50,788 nt of DNA from Lama guanicoe (taxonomy: Eukaryota), in contig MU053811.1 of assembly GCA_013239625.1 (NCBI GenBank), positions 10,823 through 61,610 on the forward strand. The letters are read 5' to 3'. Both the position numbers and the translations under genes were made by a program. Position 1 is the stretch's first letter. Every line of letters begins with the position of its first letter. Below are positions 25,761 through 37,289 of this stretch, in pieces. The notes under the pieces are model-generated. The model was not told where the DNA came from. It saw nothing but the letters and a program-made list of their open reading frames with translations, and searched no databases.

Positions 25761-26810
25761 NNNNNNNNNNNNNNNNNNNNNNNNNNNNNNNNNNNNNNNN
25801 NNNNNNNNNNNNNNNNNNNNNNNNNNNNNNNNNNNNNNNNNNNNNNNNNNNNNNNNNNNNNNNNNNNNNNNNNNNNNNNNNNNNNNNNNNNNNNNNNNNN
25901 NNNNNNNNNNNNNNNNNNNNNNNNNNNNNNNNNNNNNNNNNNNNNNNNNNNNNNNNNNNNNNAAAATGAAATATTAGATCTTGTTCCTCAATAATGGTAA
26001 ATTTAGCATATTTTACCTCTCTGCTGTTCCAGATTATGTGTGTGCACGTTTGTGTGTGTGTGTGTGTGTATGTGTCCTCCAGTCCAGTTANNNNNNNNNN
26101 NNNNNNNNNNNNNNNNNNNNNNNNNNNNNNNNNNNNNNNNNNNNNNNNNNNNNNNNNNNNNNNNNNNNNNNNNNNNNNNNNNNNNNNNNNNNNNNNNNNN
26201 NNNNNNNNNNNNNNNNNNNNNNNNNNNNNNNNNNNNNNNNNNNNNNNNNNNNNNNNNNNNNNNNNNNNNNNNNNNNNNNNNNNNNNNNNNNNNNNNNNNN
26301 NNNNNNNNNNNNNNNNNNNNNNNNNNNNNNNNNNNNNNNNNNNNNNNNNNNNNNNNNNNNNNNNNNNNNNNNNNNNNNNNNNNNNNNNNNNNNNNNNNNN
26401 NNNNNNNNNNNNNNNNNNNNNNNNNNNNNNNNNNNNNNNNNNNNNNNNNNNNNNNNNNNNNNNNNNNNNNNNNNNNNNNNNNNNNNNNNNNNNNNNNNNN
26501 NNNNNNNNNNNNNNNNNNNNNNNNNNNNNNNNNNNNNNNNNNNNNNNNNNNNNNNNNNNNNNNNNNNNNNNNNNNNNNNNNNNNNNNNNNNNNNNNNNNN
26601 NNNNNNNNNNNNNNNNNNNNNNNNNNNNNNNNNNNNNNNNNNNNNNNNNNNNNNNNNNNNNNNNNNNNNNNNNNNNNNNNNNNNNNNNNNNNNNNNNNNN
26701 NNNNNNNNNNNNNNNNNNNNNNNNNNNNNNNNNNNNNNNNNNNNNNNNNNNNNNNNNNNNNNNNNNNNNNNNNNNNNNNNNNNNNNNNNNNNNNNNNNNN
26801 NNNNNNNNNN
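25761..26810. other. Assembly gaps (N 25761-25962 and 26091-26810) around a 128-bp island
   Basis: N runs seen directly. Confidence 0.98.
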
Positions 26811-26974
26811 CTCCAGGCAGGCCCTCCTTTCCCACTAGTTGTCCCTATACCTTCTCTCCTGCGCTACATAAGCTGAAGGAATTCCTCAGCGTTTCCAGCA
26901 GGTAGATGGCGCTCTTCTATGTTTGGACCCCTTCAGTGCTTGCAGTGGAAATTTAGGAGATGGAAAGGAAGAGC

Positions 26975-27293
26975 GTGGTGGTTCTCCGTATCTAGGGGCT
27001 CCCTATCCATCAGATTCAACTAACTGTTGTTTGAAAATGTTCTTGAAAAAACAGAAAGTTTCAAAAAGCAACACTTGAATTTGCCATACACTGACAAATA
27101 CTTACAATAGCATTCATGTTGTATTAGATACCATGAGTAATCTAGAGATAATTTAAAGTACACAGGAGAACACAGCAAAGAGAATGTGACAATGAATGTA
27201 CGTGTATATTCATGTATAACTGAAAAATTGTGCTCTAAGCTGGAATTTGATGCAACATTGTAAAATAACTATAACTCAATAAAAATGTTTGTG

Positions 27294-27327
<34 letters not shown>

Positions 27328-27461
27328 AAGTACATAGGAGGGTGCACATAAGTTCCATGCAAGTCCTATGCCATTTTATACAAGAAGCATCAGCATCCAT
27401 GGATGTTGACATCAGGGGTGAGTCCTGGAACCAGTGCCCCATGGTTACCCATGGATGACTG
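26975..27461 (-). mobile_element. MER2-like (Tigger) DNA transposon split by an L1 insertion
   Basis: gtaatctagagataatttaaagta...tatgccattttatacaag...cagcatccatggat...gtcctggaaccagtgcccc...ggatgactg matches the recalled MER2 reverse complement. Confidence 0.75.
27169..27326 (+). mobile_element. 5'-truncated L1 3' end with (TA)n tail and target-site duplication
   Basis: catgtataactgaaaaattgtgct...caacattgtaaaataactataactcAATAAA; TSD aaagtacacaggag (27155-27168) / aaagtacataggag (27327-27340). Confidence 0.85.
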
Positions 27462-27689
27462 GAAGTCCAGGCTCCTTATCCCAGCGTGGCAGGTCCCCAC
27501 GTGGTCTGAATCCTACCTGTACCACACTTCCCTTGTCACTCTCCTCCAGCCCTGGCAGAATGCCCTCTGATTCTTGAACAGGCCACACTCACTGTGCTTC
27601 ATGTCTGGCCCCTAGAAATACACGTTACTTTCTGAGCATGGCTCTGCTTTCACAAAACGGGCTGCATTTTCCCTAGAGAAGACAGTGTT

Positions 27690-28320
27690 GAATTTTCTTT
27701 AAAAACTGAAAATAGACTTAACTCATGATCCAGCCTTCCCACTCCCAGGCATATGTCAGAAGAAAACTCTAATTCAAAATTCACATGCACCTCAATGCTC
27801 ACAGCAGCACTATTTATAATAGCCAGGACATGGCAACAACCCAAATGTCCATCAACAGCTGACTGGATAAAGATATAGTAGTATATTTATACAAAGGAAT
27901 ACTACTCAGCCATTAAAAAGAACAAAATAATGCCATTTGCAGCAACATGGTTGGACTTGGAGATAATCATTCTAAGTGAAGTAAGCCAGAAAAAGAGAAA
28001 AATGCCATATGCTATCACTTATATGTGGAATCTAAAAAAAGACACAAATGAACTTAACTATAAAAGAGAAACAGACCCACAGACATAGAGAAACAAACTT
28101 ACGGTTACCAGGGAGAGAAGGGGATGGGAAGGGATAAGTATGGGTTTTGGAAAAGTGTCCCTCTTGGGGAGTTATGGAAATGTTAGCTATCTTGATTTTG
28201 GTGATGGTTTACTAGGTGTAGACATCTATCAAATTCTTCAAATAGTAAATGTGAAATACGTGTAATTTACTATACAGGAATCATACCACAATAAAGGTGT
28301 CTGTAAAAAAAAAAACAAAA
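27690..28320 (+). mobile_element. LINE-1 3' portion (ORF2 end and 3' UTR; the distal part looks older)
   Basis: cacatgcacctcaatgctcacagcagcactatttataatagccaggacatgg...gccatttgcagcaacatgg...ctaagtgaagtaagccaga; A-rich end at ~28305-28320. Confidence 0.85.
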
Positions 28321-28429
28321 GATTGGCGGCATTGTGTCCTACGATTTTATGTGTCTTTAGTGAGTGGGTCTTCAAGTTTCTGGTCTGCCATATATTCTGA
28401 ACCAGAAGTGCCCTCCTTCCCTTTTCTTT

Positions 28430-29420
28430 GATAAACTGTCAGTGGGTGGCATTTATTCCCATGGCTTTAACTTCTCTCTGTCCACTGATTAACTGTCAAA
28501 TCTTTTCTAGCAAGGACATTTCATTTCAGTCCCAGAAATATACTTATAATTGACAAGTAGACATTTCCACTTCATTAGCCCATAAAAATCTCAAGCTCTG
28601 TGTGTTTGAATTTACACTCGCTCAGAACTAGGTTTACTTCTTCAAACAATGGCAACACTATCCCATCTGTTTTCCGTGACATACATCTGGGAATTTTCCT
28701 TTACTTTTCTACTCCCTCACCGCCGTCAGTACTACAATTCTATTCTTTAGTATCCCCCAACTATGTCCCTGCTTCTTGCTTCCCACTGCATTAATTCACA
28801 CCTCTTGCTAGTCTCCCCAGTGCTGTTCTTTAGAGTGAATGATCCACTTTGCTCACTTTTAATGACTAATCTGTGTCACTCTCCTCCTTAAAACCTCAAA
28901 GAATTCCACACTGCGTGTGTGAGGAAGTCCATGCTCCCTGATTTAACGTCACATCTTCTCATCACCTAGTTGCTGCTTTTTTTTAGCCTCAGCTTCCGTT
29001 AGTTCCCCACAGCCTCTAGCCTCACTGACCTTCCTTCCCTAAGTGCAAAGTGCTCTTAGACACGACCAGACCTCTGCACGAGACACACAAGCTGCGGAGA
29101 ATCCCGTCCCCACCACGCACTCTCCTGGTCTAGAGATTTGCTGGAATCCTTCAGATGTCAGTGCAGAAAGCATTTCCTCTCTGACACCTTCCCTACCTTC
29201 TAGAACCCAGCCCCAGGCAGTGCAAGAGCCCCTCTGAACATACAATATATATGAAGCCAAGTGAGTCTTATCACATTGTTTTGAAAACCTATTTAAATTT
29301 GTCTCTTCCACGACACACTGTGATCTCCTTGAGGGATGGGGGCTGTGTGGTATTTGTGTAGACAGGTAATGTCTGGCACAGACCCCGGGCCATCGGTAAC
29401 AGTCTGCTGACTGATCAAAA
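28430..29420 (+). mobile_element. LINE-2 3' remnant
   Basis: cactgtgatctccttgagggatgggggctgtgt...gtctggcacag near 29.3-29.4 kb. Confidence 0.6.
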
Positions 29421-30438
29421 AGAATTGTCATCTTTGCGACATAAGAAAGACTACATGATCTTTGATCTTACACCATCCGGCAAAGGTCAAAATAATTTCA
29501 CATAGAACTATACAGGCAAAATATGTGTATTCTTTTCCTCTTTTTGAGCCCGAGATCATAGGCATCCTGGAACGTAGGTGTCACTCTAATCTCTCTATCC
29601 CCTAGGCTGTCACGTCCAACTTCAACATATTTTTTAGAAGTTGTAGTGATTAGTGTACATCATCCCGTCTTAGAGCAAACGGTGCTTCAGCCTGACCCAG
29701 TTTAATGTCCATATGAAAATCAGAAATCTTCCAAACTGAAGCCTGAGGAAACATTTCCCATCTCTCCTTCCAGTCTGTCTGCCATCTGCATCCCACATCC
29801 CCACTGCTCACCTGCGTCAGACCACCTTCCATCTAGAAACATTTCCGGTGGGACACTTGGATGAGAACTAACTACAGCAGTCATGAAAATGGCCCCATGA
29901 ACGTAGGCTCTGCACAAAAAGATGCTTTGACCAGAGGCCTCAGCCGTGTCCTGCAGGGTCTGTTCACGTTTTCTGCCTGGCTTCAATGCAGACGTTGTGC
30001 AGAAAATCAAGCCTGCAGTTAAAGTCATAGAAGGCCCAAGAAATCCAGAAAAATAGAGTGAGAGTCATCTCCTTGGGAATATTTTTGAAAACCATCCACT
30101 AATAAGAAGAAGAGCTCTAAAAGGTTCGTTTCAGAGCAGATGATGTCCAACTGCAGGTAGGTCAGTTTTGTCATTGTTGCCCTCTAGTTGGCTTTCTGCT
30201 GCTTCTAACACGCCTCTGTTTAGAGAAGTGGCCTGAGTCGGCCCTCAGAGAGAAAGGTGAGCTGGGCCTGGCGACAGCCAAGCTCCTCTGCTGTGTAGTA
30301 ACCCGCTGAGAAGGAAGGGATGGCCCAGGGCTTCCTCTGACTCTCTCCCTCAGTTATAAACTGTCTGAATGGAAAATGGAGTAAAAAATTCTTAATTCAG
30401 TATGATATTGTCAAAGTATAAAAATAATTGTCTTTGGA

Positions 30439-30545
30439 GGGGAGGGTATAGTTCAAGGGGTAGTATACGTGCTGGGTTCAAGTCCCAGTACCTCAACGTA
30501 AAAAAATAATAAGAAAAATTCTTTTTTAAAACATTAAAAAGAACA
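30439..30545 (+). mobile_element. tRNA-derived SINE (Vic-1-like), internally deleted
   Basis: ggggagggtatagttcaaggggtag (A box)...ctgggttcaagtcccagtacctc (B box) followed by an A-rich tail. Confidence 0.8.
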
Positions 30546-30849
30546 AAGAAGAAAAGAGAACTCAAACAATCCAACTTTAAAAGGAAAAAATAATATTTTA
30601 TACATAGTAATCAGCTCAGTCTTTTGCTAGATTAGGAGTTTGGGATTAACAGGTACACACTAATATGAATGAAATAAATAACCAAATCCCAGGTACTTAA
30701 TAAACTAGTTCAACCTGAATCCTTGCTCTTTTTTCCCCTAAGCAACCTGTGGAAACCTCTGAAATTCTCAACTTATAAAAAAATTCATTTAAAGGTGGTT
30801 TCAAAGTTACTGCTTAAAACATTTATTTGTGATTCCGTCAATATAGGTC

Positions 30850-31540
30850 TAGTAAGAAAGATAGACAATAAACCAATAAACAAATAAATATATTATGTAC
30901 TGCCAAGTACTAATAATTGCCACAAAGAAACATAAAACATATTAGGAGAGAAAATGATTGAATAGGAAATATGTGTGTGCTATTTTAAATTATGTGGTCA
31001 GATAAGTCCTCTCTGAGGGTAAAATAATTTGAACAAAGTCCTGAGTGAAGCAAAAGAATAAGCCACGTTGGTAACAGACAAGAAAAGCCTCCCAGGCCGG
31101 GAGAAGTGTAAGTACGAGACTTGGAGTTACAAACACAGCTGTCCTGGTGGGGACCGTCTGGGCGGTGAAGATGGGCTGGAGCAGAACAGTGAGACCTGAG
31201 GCTGCAGAGATGGGTGAGGGGCCGGATCACACGGGGCCTTGGTAGGGACTCTGGATATCCTTCTGAATATAATGGAAAATCACGAGAGTATTTTGCAAAG
31301 CGGAACGACTTGATCTGAATCATACTTTAATAAGGCCGCTGTGGGTAACATATGGGGACTAAGCAATGGAAGCAGGGCAAGGTAAGCTGATGGAAAGCCA
31401 GTGGGAAGAGTGCTGCTGACCTGGAGAGAGACACCGAGGTTGGGCTGGGATGATGGCGGGAGACGGGCTGAAAGGGGGACACGATTTGACAGTAACGGTC
31501 ACAGGCCTTAATGCTCGAGTTGGACACAGACACAGAGTGG
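30850..31540 (-). mobile_element. LINE-2 remnant
   Basis: gggccggatcacacggggccttggtagggactctggatat...aatggaaaatcac is typical L2 antisense sequence. Confidence 0.65.
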
Positions 31541-33664
31541 TTCAGGGTGATGGGTATGTGACATTTGGGGCTAAGCCGCAGTTTTTGTGCAGAGACCTGA
31601 CAGGAGAATAAAGTGGGGACGTTGATGTCGGTAAGAAGTGTTGGTGGGTGTTGAATTCCCCCTAGAGCTGCGTCTCTGTTTCTCTGTACATGAAGTCAGC
31701 AGAGCAGGGATTGGTGTTCCTATTTCTGCAGAGAATTGCGTGTCTTCCTTATCGGCAAATTCGAGAGGCCGACCTGCCCATCCAATTGCAACATCTTGAA
31801 TCTGCTTCTTTCTAGCCAGGAGGAGATTTCCAACTAAGATGCCAATGAAAAATTCCCGTGTCCAGAGTTAGAGCTGTGTGCCTTTGGGAGGATCTCAGAG
31901 ATGCCTCCACAGAGGCTCGGTGTGCTCTCTCTCCCTCAGAGAACACAGTTCCCTTCAGTCCGCTGGGTCTCAGCAGAGAAGATTTCACACATAGCCCCTC
32001 TCAGGCCCTGGGGACCAACCTCCCGCTTAGCCGATCTGTGAAAATGAGCACGAGTTCCGGGCAAAAGGCCTTCTCCAGGGCGCGATCTGGCAGGAAATAT
32101 AAGGAGAGTGTACAAAAGAGTGGGAGGGTTGATTGTATAAATGGATTTTAATTTTTGCTCTGAATCTGATTCTGTCCTTCCGTTTTGTTAAGGAAGTGTT
32201 CTTAGGCCAGACGTGATTCTCCTTTTTTCTTTCTATTTGATCATCCAAGAGTTTTAGATAGGGTATTGATTTAAGGGTAAGAATCTCAAAAAAAAAAACC
32301 TTGCAATTAGCGTATTGTTAGGCATTTGGACAAGACAACCAGTAAATACTCCCAGCAGTATTGAACCCCCTTGTTCCTCCAGGGGGTCTCCAAAGGTATA
32401 TACTTTCCAATTCTGACCCAAAACCAATGAGACTTTTCTTTCTTTTAATGACTTCTCCATGGACAAAAGATATCACCAAAGAAGGTGAGAAAAAAGCAGG
32501 TCCCCATCATCTAGAGTCCCTCCCAAAGAGCCCACAGAGAAACGGTTTATTTATACACACGCAGGAGCCAACCAGAAAAGTAACTACCATGTTAAATGGT
32601 GAAAGTTAAAGGCTTTGTTATCAAAATAACATATTATGGCAAAGGGAGAGGAGAGAATTGGCTTCCATGACAGGTTTCCTTCTACATCTATTGAATCTCA
32701 GCTATCTTCAGCTAAAGTGCTTTTGTATTAACTGGAGGTTCCATCTGACTATCCGTTCCTCGAAATTAGTTCTTCTTTTTCAAGATTCACTCATGTATTC
32801 TGACCCCCTGGATTTTCCACGTGAATTTTAGATTGATTGTCAATTCCTGCAAAACACCACCTGAGATTTGGGTAGGCATACTTTGAATCCTTAGGTCTAT
32901 TCGTGGACTACTGTCATCTTAGTAGGATGAAGCCTTCTGCTCCATGAATATGGGATTATTCTCTGTGAATGTAGGTCTTTATTTCTCTTGACAGAATCTC
33001 TCATCTATTGTAGTCTTCAGTGTCCAAGTCTGGTACTTCTTCCTCACCTCTATGGGATGCTGAATCTGAAAAGACACGACCTCCTGGAGAACCTCTGCTG
33101 CCTCGGAACTGACATGGAACTGAGTCCTGAGAAGGCTTCAAATTCTTTTAAAAATAGGATGAATGTACTTTAATTACTCCATAGATGAGTAATGAATGGG
33201 TCACATTAACATAGGATTTTAATCCTTTTAGAATTAGTATAGTAATACAGACAAAGTACAAAAAATTGAAATATTGCCTAAAAGAGAAGAGATTTGTAAT
33301 TTCCACCCTCAGAAGTGACTGTCATGAATGATTTGGTGCTTATGTCTCAGTCTCTGTGTCTCTCAGTATGTCTCTCTCCATCTCTTTCCCTCACACACTA
33401 GCAATTAGATCAATTTCCATCTATGCTGATTACTATGCTTTCACATATGTGTTGTTGCAGATGGGGCCCTGGGTGCAGACGGTGGGTCTGCATACTTCCA
33501 CCCTGAGGCCTCCTTGACGTTGGGTTTAGACCGGGCACCCAATTTTCCAACTGCACAGCATTCATTCATCCACATGAAGCAGAACGAGTGGACCCCATCC
33601 CCTCTCCATCAACATTAGCGTTGCTTTATTCCGACTGTTTCAACCAGTGCTGTGATGAACACCC

Positions 33665-34675
33665 TTGAAAAGACATCTTTGAATAAGTGTGTAAGGGTTT
33701 TAGTGGGATGAACTGTACGGATCAGAACTTCTGGGGAAGAGATGCATCTGTGGCCCTTTGATGCGTCCTGCACCCTGTTCTCCTGAAGAGGAGCGTCCCT
33801 TCACTCTTCCCTCCAGGGGATCTGCTGGAGCCTCTGCCTGCTTACATTGTCACCAGGGCTGGTTGTCACCTGACTAAAGACCCGCCAGTGTGAACCAGTG
33901 CTGTCAGTGTTTCCCTCTGCCTGTGTTGTCACCTGAGAGGTCAAGCATCTCTAACACACACTGGCCACCTGCATTGCCTCTCATTGGAACTGCCCATGTC
34001 TGTTCTGTTTCTGTTTAGAACATTGGGTTTGGAAACATTTTTGGAATACAGGGATGGGAAAACTTTCTCCAACTTTGGGTTATGAGGAATGCATTTTCCA
34101 GGTTGTGGTTTGTCTTTCAAGCAGTTTTTCTGGGCTTTTTCTATTTTTTTTGATTTGTTTGGTTTTTTTTTGCCACAGGAAAAGCTAAGCATCTCCCTTC
34201 TGTCTTCCGGCTGTGGTGTCACAGGGGGAACAGCAGTGTCTACCCTGAGATTATGCACAGAGTTACTAAAAGGGCTCCATTTTGTACATCACATCATTAA
34301 TACCCCTGGATATCCCCTGAAAATAATAAAAATGCTGTTTCAAGTGAAAACAAAAAAATCACCAGCCCCAGGTGAAAATATGTGGGCAGGCACAAAAAGC
34401 CAACTTTCATAAAGTTTCATTGAAAGGGAACACCCAGGAGAGGTAAAGACACGCAGACAGAAAGAGGACTTGGGGTTGTCAGGGGCTGGGTGAGGAGGGA
34501 GGGGAGTGCGCTCTCTGGATCCATGGTTTCACTTTGAGGAAAGAAATAGTGTGAAACTAAATGGTAGTGATGGTCGCACAACATTGTGAATGCCCCTAAT
34601 TCTCCTGAATTGCACAATTTAAAAGGGGAAAAGTCTATATTTTATTTCATAAAACTCTAAAAAGAAAAATAAAGG
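33665..34675 (+). repeat. Copy 1 of a ~1-kb diverged direct duplication (offset ~3626 bp), built on old L1 remnants
   Basis: gatgcatctgtggccctttgat (33741) vs gatgcacctgtggcactttgat (37366); collinear through to tttatt at 34641 vs 38268. Confidence 0.9.
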
Positions 34676-35005
34676 ATGCCATAAATGATGTGAAACAAAC
34701 AAAGGAAACTAAAGAAAACCAAACAAAAACATCTCCAGCGGAAGGGACGTCAAGTTTGGGGGGGTACTGACGGTGAGATTTTGGAAAACATTTTGGAGAA
34801 GAAGGTGTGGGTGGCTGCAGAGGGGGCTCTGCCCCAGGTGGTGGTGATGCCTGAACTGGTTCTCCTTTGCCCAGCAGTCCAGGTGCAGAAGCAGGTTCAG
34901 GAGGAGCTGCAGGAGCGGCATGAGGGAGCTCGGGGTCTCCTCCTGGATCCAGATCGTCCTTTTTTTGGCCTCTGATATCTTCCCCTGCCCCTGCCTCCTC
35001 TGTAA
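34647..35005 (-). pseudogene. RALGDS-like gene, terminal exon 3: Pro/Ala-rich linker plus hydrophobic tail; frame open
   Basis: aatAG| then VTEEAGAGEDIRGQKKDDLDPGGDPELPHAAPAAPPEPASAPG...PPKLDVPSAGDVFVWFSLVSFVCFTSFMASFIFLFRVL*; TGA at 34649-34647 is followed immediately by AATAAA (34646-34641). Confidence 0.65.
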
Positions 35006-35311
35006 CTATTACATGTGGAGAGAGTTTTAATTCTTGTGGAAGAGCTTATGCTGTGAGAGAGGAAAAATTTATCCATCTGCCTCCTTTTCAATGTGTCTCT
35101 TGAAAGACAGAAACCTTCCCAGACCTTTCCAGACAGCTCCCACCCAGAAAGTGCCCACAGGATGTGTTCTGTGACTGAATTTTTCCAGACAGGTGGTCTG
35201 AGGCCATTCTTTGCTCTGGTCCCAACAGTAGCCTCTGGGGACCCCTCCCTGTGTGGCCCAGCCCTCACCCCTCCCTCACCTACACACAGGCACCAGTCCT
35301 GCCTTTCTGAG

Positions 35312-35614
35312 CTTCGGGATCTGCTTCAGGGGCTCCTGGTCCTCCACCTGACTTGCAGCGAGGTGGGCACGGTGCTCCACGTCAGACCCGGGTGTGCTGA
35401 GCTACCCGTCAGCCCCAGGAAGAGCCCTGGGTGATGTCTGGGTCGGAGGCTTGCCCAACTGATTTCTGGGCCATGGTGGTGGGGACCCCTCATTATCCAG
35501 ACCCACCTGGAGCATGCGCTGGCCCTCAGAAGAGTAGCACACCAGCCTTTCACTTGGGGAGGGGGCGTTGGTGTTTGTATTCATCAGCTTCTGTTTAGTA
35601 TGTGGTATCTGGCT
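35312..35614 (-). pseudogene. RALGDS-like gene, exon 2 (degenerate REM-domain fragment)
   Basis: cattgcAG| SQIPHTKQKLM...NQLGKPP...DG*LSTPGSDVEHRAHLAASQVEDQEP resembles RALGDS QLNMPGSDLERRAHLLLAQLEHSEPIEAEPE. It has TAG at 35404-35402, a probable 1-nt deletion before EADPE and an apparently mutated donor; an alternative GTGAGG lies at 35279. Confidence 0.7.
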
Positions 35615-36020
35615 CTGCAATGACAGTGACCAGCTGCTGACCCGGCCTGGAAATCTCAGAGCCCTTTTCGGCCAGGAAAACTCCTGATTCTATCCACTCG
35701 ACCCTCTGCTGCCAGATCAGAAAGGGACCTTGTTCAGCTCAGACACCCGGGAGGGTATAGACATACCCAGAGAGCATGGGCTCCACCTCGGGCAGCAGGA
35801 CCCTTCCCCGGCTCTCCACATCCCAGCCAGCCAGCTTTGACCTGGGCTGTGGATGTTACCGGGCCCCCAGGCCATTGGCCTGCTCTTGCTTGAGGCAGAA
35901 ACCAATCCCCAACATGACTGCTCCACCTCCGCCAGCCAGGACAGGGCCGTGGGGCTACCTGGGTGGGATCTGAGTGGTGGCCCGGCCTGGGCGGGCCTGC
36001 CCTGGGCCTCCCTGTGTTAC

Positions 36021-36155
36021 CTTTGGGTCTCTCTGGCCAAAAGGCCAGAGATGCCTTAAGTGAGACCTGATCCAGCGCCGGCAGCGTTGGTACAGCCCCT
36101 CGCTGCGGGCTTTCAGGGGGCTGTGGCCTCAGGATAATGGGATGCAGCAGAACAT
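36021..36155 (-). pseudogene. RALGDS-like gene, first coding exon
   Basis: MFCCIPLS*GHSPLKARSEGLYQRCRRWIRSHLRHLWPFGQRDPK|GTAACA (45 codons). It resembles the MFxCC...LWPFxxR leader I recall from lineage-expanded 'RalGDS-like' genes. TGA at 36131-36129 is plausibly CGA>TGA. Confidence 0.7.
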
Positions 36156-37289
36156 TCCTCTGTCTCCAACCAGGTGAGCTGAGTAGGGACTTCTCTACAG
36201 AGTGGGTGCCTGGTGACTTCGGTTCCAAGTTCTCTTGGGCTCTATTGCCAGGGAAGTGTGGTCACTTCCTGGGGTCAACTTACCCAAGCTTCCTCCTGAC
36301 ACAAAGCTCCCCAAGGGACTTTCTGGGCTGCCGATCTCTCATTTTTCACTTCTTGCCATGTTCACACACAGTGACACCTACTTAGCCTCCCCCATAGCCC
36401 TGGGGAGGCCTGGAAGCAGCCAGTGCCGCAGCTCTGAGGACACAGCTAGGTTCAGACCTGGCTCTCCCCACCCAGCAGTGCTATCACCCTGGACAAGCAA
36501 CGTGCCTCTCAGGGTCTCCCCAATCCCCCATCAACACAGTGGGGATCATTCTGGCCCCTGCTTCCTAGAGAAGCCATCCAGTCTCTAGACCTAGAAACAC
36601 CTACTGCATCTGCCACCCCCACGGGCTGGAATCATAGGGAGCTCATGCACAAACTCAGCAAAGGAATGACCCCACAGAAGGATGGCGGAGTGCAGAGCAC
36701 ATGCCACACCGGCCGGGCTCTGCCCTGGGGTCTGGAGAAAGTCACTTTCCTTGCTACTTGATTCCCAGCTCCCAGTCGTGAGACTGAAATTAAAAACAAC
36801 TCTGACATCATCCGCTCTGGCATACAACCTCCTAGGTCATTCTGTCATTTTGACATACAGGTCCAGTGTCTCATCTCGGCCTCTGTGGTGAGCTGCCCCA
36901 CAATGGCTTCCTATTTTTTGCCTTCTGTTCCCACGCCATTGTGTTATCCCCACACCCTCCACTGGAAGGTGGATGGAATTTGGGACCATGTTCTGACATG
37001 TAGACTGACTTGTGAAAATGTGCGTGAGTTCCACTCATTACCAGCTCCAGTGTTCCTTCTCTCTGCCTCTGTCTCTCAGTGCCTCTCTCTCTGTCTTGTC
37101 TCTCTCTCTGTTTCTCTGTCTCCCCCTGCTTTTCTGTGTTTCAGTCTGTGTGTCTCTTTTCCTGTATATATGTGTATATATATTTATGTGCATTTGTGTG
37201 TATTTATGTGTGTGTATTTTTCGGGCCCACGGCAGGTCAATTCTGAAAATCCCTTGATGACATATTGATTATTTTGAATTCATGTTACT

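Noticed and set aside
25756..26905. ORFs of 278-359 aa (and similar ones at 1593-2596 and 50463-50777)
   Set aside because: Artefacts of reading through N gaps
23626..30192. CTCF-like motifs (~23627 acaagagggggcgc, ~26899 caggtagatggcgc, ~30177 minus caactagagggca)
   Set aside because: Imperfect matches expected by chance in 50 kb; cannot be supported without ChIP or conservation data
30439..30500. tRNA gene (A/B boxes), also at 47.9 and 10.3 kb
   Set aside because: No cloverleaf, and A-rich tails with a TSD at the 47.9-kb copy indicate tRNA-derived SINEs
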